From NCBI GenBank assembly GCA_031763465.1, contig JARFOE010000001.1, forward strand, positions 8,444,906-8,484,112: a stretch of DNA of 39,207 nt, read 5' to 3'. The notes beneath the pieces are model-generated. The model had not been told where the DNA came from and searched no databases. It worked only from the letters and a program-made list of their open reading frames with translations. Position numbers and translations under genes: made by a program. The stretch comes from Squatina squatina. Taxonomy: Eukaryota. Of the stretch, positions 35,415-39,207 are shown piece by piece; position 1 is the first letter of the stretch; each line of letters starts with the position of its first letter.

Positions 35415-35655
35415 CGAGTACTCACAGTGTCCTGGCCAATATTTATTCCTCAACCAACGTCACTAAAAAAACAATTATCTGTTCATGTATCTTGTTGCTG
35501 TTTGTGGGAGCTTATTATGTGCAATTTGGCTTCTGTGTTTCTCTACATTACAACAGTGACTACACTTCAAAAAGTACTTCATTGGCTGTAAAGCTCTCTG
35601 AGATGTCCTGAGGTCGTGAAAGATGCTGTATAAATCCAAGTCATTCCTTCTTCTG
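35415..35655 (+). mobile_element. Deu-domain SINE (AmnSINE1/SacSINE1-like) body and tail
   Basis: GTGTCCTGGCCAATATTTATTCCTCAACCAAC...TTGCTGTTTGTGGGAGCTT...ACATTACAACAGTGACTACACTTCAAAAAGTACTTCATTGGCTGTAAAGC...TCCTGAGGTCGTGAAAG. Confidence 0.88.
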
Positions 35656-35867
35656 TAACATCTATTTCCCCAATGGGTTCCATGTTTGGAGTTCATCTCT
35701 CTTATGGTCTATGACATTCAAAGAGCATGAATTCCTCGAGGCAGGAACGTTATCTGAGTCTCTGTTAACTATTCGGCGCATTTTCCAGACTTCAGATTGA
35801 GAAAATACAAGTTCATATCCAAAGCAAATTAATCCAAACACTCAATTGGTTCCCATTTGATGAATGA

Positions 35868-36075
35868 TGGGCTCAGTGTCCTAAGACAGGGAATGGAATC
35901 ATCAGCTATGCTGCTCCTGATTATTATTGAGCAACTCTACTGGAAATTACACGTGTATGGCCATTGATTGGTTGGCTTGTAAGGGCACCCAGTGGTTGAA
36001 TAGCAAAGATGGCACTGAATATGACACATATGTAGAATGGTCACTTGGTTAAGGTACTAGAGAGCTTTCAGAGCT
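35868..36075 (+). mobile_element. AmnSINE2-like SINE, copy 3 (highly diverged)
   Basis: CTCAGTGTCC...ATCAGCT..CTGCTCCTGAT...CTGGAAA...GGTTGAATAGC...AGAATGGTCACTTGG..AAGGTACTAGAG is collinear with the other copies. Confidence 0.5.
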
Positions 36076-36465
36076 CGCCCACCAGTCGTACATATCAGGA
36101 AATCATATGCAATTTCAAATGTGAACTCATGGGAAGCAGAGCTCTGCACTGGGAGCACAGAAGCAGAAAATTTACCCTCATTTTCGAACATGAGTCAATA
36201 TCTTCAGCAGAAAATTGGAAAAAAATGTCTCATGGGGTAATTGAGTCTTCCACCCTGTAGTTTCTACACTCAACTTACTACTACTACTACTCTGCAACTT
36301 GCATTTATATATTTTCTAGCATATCAACATTTTAATTTAAATATGTGTATCCTGGAAGCACCCAATGTGTTAAATTACAGACTGATTAAAAACTATTTAC
36401 CATACCTAAATCATCAGAATCATTAATCTACTTGCTAGATTTTAATAAAACTGTAAATAATCTTA

Positions 36466-36625
36466 ATTTCTTATAATTGCTGGTTTGCATTTGCCCAAAA
36501 ATAATATGAAGAACATTCATAAATATTGAAGTGACTAACAAAACATTTCTAATGATTGCAGGATTGCATTTGGCAGGAAATAATATGAATATTTTTCACA
36601 AATATTAAAGTGATTGACCAAAAAC
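36466..36625. repeat. Old tandem duplication, ~79-bp period, two units
   Basis: ATTGC(T/A)GG(T/A)TTGCATTTG.....AAATAATATGAA.....TTCA(T/C)AAATATT(G/A)AAGTGA begins at 36476 and again at 36555. Confidence 0.85.
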
Positions 36626-38827
36626 TGTGTTTGCTGTGTTGGGCAAAACATAAAATCAAATTTTTCATCCGGGACATTCTAATAGGTGAAAATATGCAGA
36701 CAAAATTAAATTTTAATAACATCTTTTAATGCTCTTTAAATATGTTGTCAAATATAAATGTAGTATTCATGTTATATAATGTAGAGCAAAACAAAGACAT
36801 GCATTACTGTCTTTAAAGTACTTGTAATTGCTTCACAAATTCCTTGCTGCGGATTTATCATCTCTGTTAAATATGCTTCTATAATTCTGATAGTTATGTC
36901 CGCTATCTCCAAACTGCTGAGACTGCAGTTTTTGACCTATGCTATTATTAGGCTTCAGTAGTTGAAGTACAATGATCAGGCCGTGACCCCCAACACTGTA
37001 CCGCGATCATTGTTATCAATGATTTGGTTTTCCTCTTCATTAAGCTTAGAAGCAGAATAAGAAATCACCAATTTGATTATTGATCAGATGATAGAGAAAA
37101 TAATTGCTTCTATTTTCAACAGTTCCTGTGCCATTATTTCAACAATTTTAATTAAAACAGGAAACACTAATTAGTTTTTTTTCACCTGAAATAATGATTG
37201 ATGGGAGGCAACCAGAAAGGTGTTTTTTTAAGTTTCTTTAATTACTAATAAAATATCCAATATTATTTCTTTTGGTACTTATGTCTTGTAAATGTGAAGA
37301 ATTTCATTAAGTGACCTTGTGAAAGCCATTATTAAAACAGTGCACTAAATAATTTATGATAAGTGACCTTTACCTCACATTCTGACAGAAAATCTCTACA
37401 TTTAAATGGCAGTGTAGCGGAAGAAAAAAACGAAAATCTTCTGACTTATGTTCCTGTGTTAATGAAAGTGGTGGCGATTTAATTAAAATTTTTAAATTAT
37501 TGTTAGATTGAAAGGTCATGGATAGAAATGTCATTTCAGAACTACATTAGCACCTACTTTACAGCATTATTTGCATTCTAAAATATATATTACGTACTTG
37601 ACATTTAAAGAGAAATTGAAATTGTTTTAAGTGAGATACATGAACATGAATCCATTAAGGGTTAGGTGCTATTTTTAGCCAGAGAGTTAGGTGATGGAGT
37701 GAAACCTGCCATTGCCAACAAATTATTAAAACATATATGGGACTGTTTGTAGACACAAATGAAACCAATATCTCAAAATGGAAATCATGTTTCATTTCCA
37801 AGACATATTATTAACCCAATTACAATGTCTTGGCTGTAAAGGGTGTTATCCCTTTGCTAGTGGGAAATGATTCAGTGACATCAGGTGCTGTGAATTCTTT
37901 TTTGTAATCGTTAATCAATCATTCGAGCTGAAGAACATTGACTGCTCAGCATCACGTTATCTATTTGTTGATGAGATGATGCAGCTGCAATATTTGAACA
38001 AGGGATTTTAAAGAGGACAATGCTGTTACAGCCTATTTTAAAAAAAAATTCGCACAAAGCCATTCGTGACGGATCATGCTGGTCTCGAACTGCATGGGGA
38101 CACATCGCACTATATGCCAACACTATTTGTCAGGCAGGCAGCATTTGGCCCACTGTATGAAACTGTTGACACATAGTGGCTGCTAACTGGTTTGATGCTG
38201 CAGGTGTTTAATTGCCTGAGACAATTGCTTGCCTGTAAAATAAGGCACTTAATGATAGCTTCTTCCTTGCTCCAGATGGAAAGTGTGAATGAGTACTTGG
38301 CCCAAGATAGCTAAATTGCTCTTATCAGTTCCCTTGGAAGCACAAACTGCTTCAGTGATTAATATCCCAGAATAGCAGGTTACGAAGTGATTTTTCCTTT
38401 ATACAGCAGGCGGATCTGAGAGATAATGGTGTTTACGTATTAAATGCTATTTTAGATTCAGTGGTATGAAGAGTGGGATCTTCTGAAGTACCATTCAGGG
38501 ACCTGGCAAGTGAGCTTTCAAATCTTATAAACAATTAAGATTAACTGGAGTTTGCGTAGACAATGGCAACTAGCAGCAACGTGCTGGACAAAGGGCAAGT
38601 GTGAGTCTGGAAGATTCACTTGACGGCAGAAAAGATTAGTGAGGAAACAGCCATCTCATGTTTGAACTGCCAGTCATTGGTTTCATATATTGCTGCAATT
38701 TGTTCAAATGTTGTACATGAACAGATTGTTGCTATTTTTGGATCAAAATTAATAGAATGTAATGTTTCATAACTTAATTAGTATTAAAATATGTTTTTTT
38801 GCTGGTATACTTCCTTTGTATGGTTTA

Positions 38828-39207
38828 GGGCGTCCAATTTGAGGCAAAACTTCGAGCGCGAAATCGGCGCAAAGCCCATAACGCTCGAGGCGCTGACTTT
38901 AGTCTAAACGCGGCGCTGTGACATCATCATTGCGCACACCGCCCAAAATGGCTGCCCGTCCAGAATTGCAGTGTCCGTGTGCACTAAATCCGGCGGTGAC
39001 GACGACTGCTTTTTTCAGCGTTGACACGGGCCTCACCTCAGAGAATCCAGCGCTAGCGGCAGGAGTCAGAATAGGCACCATTTTATTTTTGCTCTGCGGG
39101 TCCGTGACGCCCGCATCACATGACTCTGTGTTTTAAAAGCCTCACTCTGAGCCTCTGCTTGCCTGTCTTTGGCTTCTCATCTGCTGGAGGCAGCAGACAG
39201 TTATCGG
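38828..39207 (+). mobile_element. CpG-rich DNA transposon terminus (Harbinger-like), probably continuing past the window
   Basis: TTA followed by GGGCGTCCAATTT; CpG-rich. GTGACATCATCATTGCGCACACCGCC resembles the reverse complement of ~13020-13048. Confidence 0.6.

Overview
Eukaryotic (vertebrate) genomic DNA; the repeat landscape points to a cartilaginous fish, probably a shark (inference). It comes from a fragmented draft assembly with 23 N-gaps, 19 of them exactly 100 N. The only supportable host gene is the 3' end of UGT8 (ceramide galactosyltransferase) on the + strand: penultimate coding exon 488-707 and last coding exon 3825-4179 ending in KKVK*. The remaining ~35 kb is 3'UTR/intergenic DNA. 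It is packed with decayed CR1 and L2 LINEs, a second CR1/L2-group LINE family, Deu-domain and AmnSINE2-like SINEs, a Penelope tail, many GC-rich Harbinger-like non-autonomous elements, and fossil Harbinger, hAT and possibly Tx1 coding remnants that the ORF track misses. AT-rich, repeat-poor blocks at ~31.8-33.3 kb and ~36.4-38.4 kb look like candidate enhancers. I found no convincing new multi-gene system, CRISPR array or RNA gene. The best leads are the NG-repeat cytosolic tail of UGT8, the Harbinger-family elements, the hAT fossil and candidate regulatory blocks. Repeat boundaries are approximate, and family names rest on remembered consensus motifs rather than searches.
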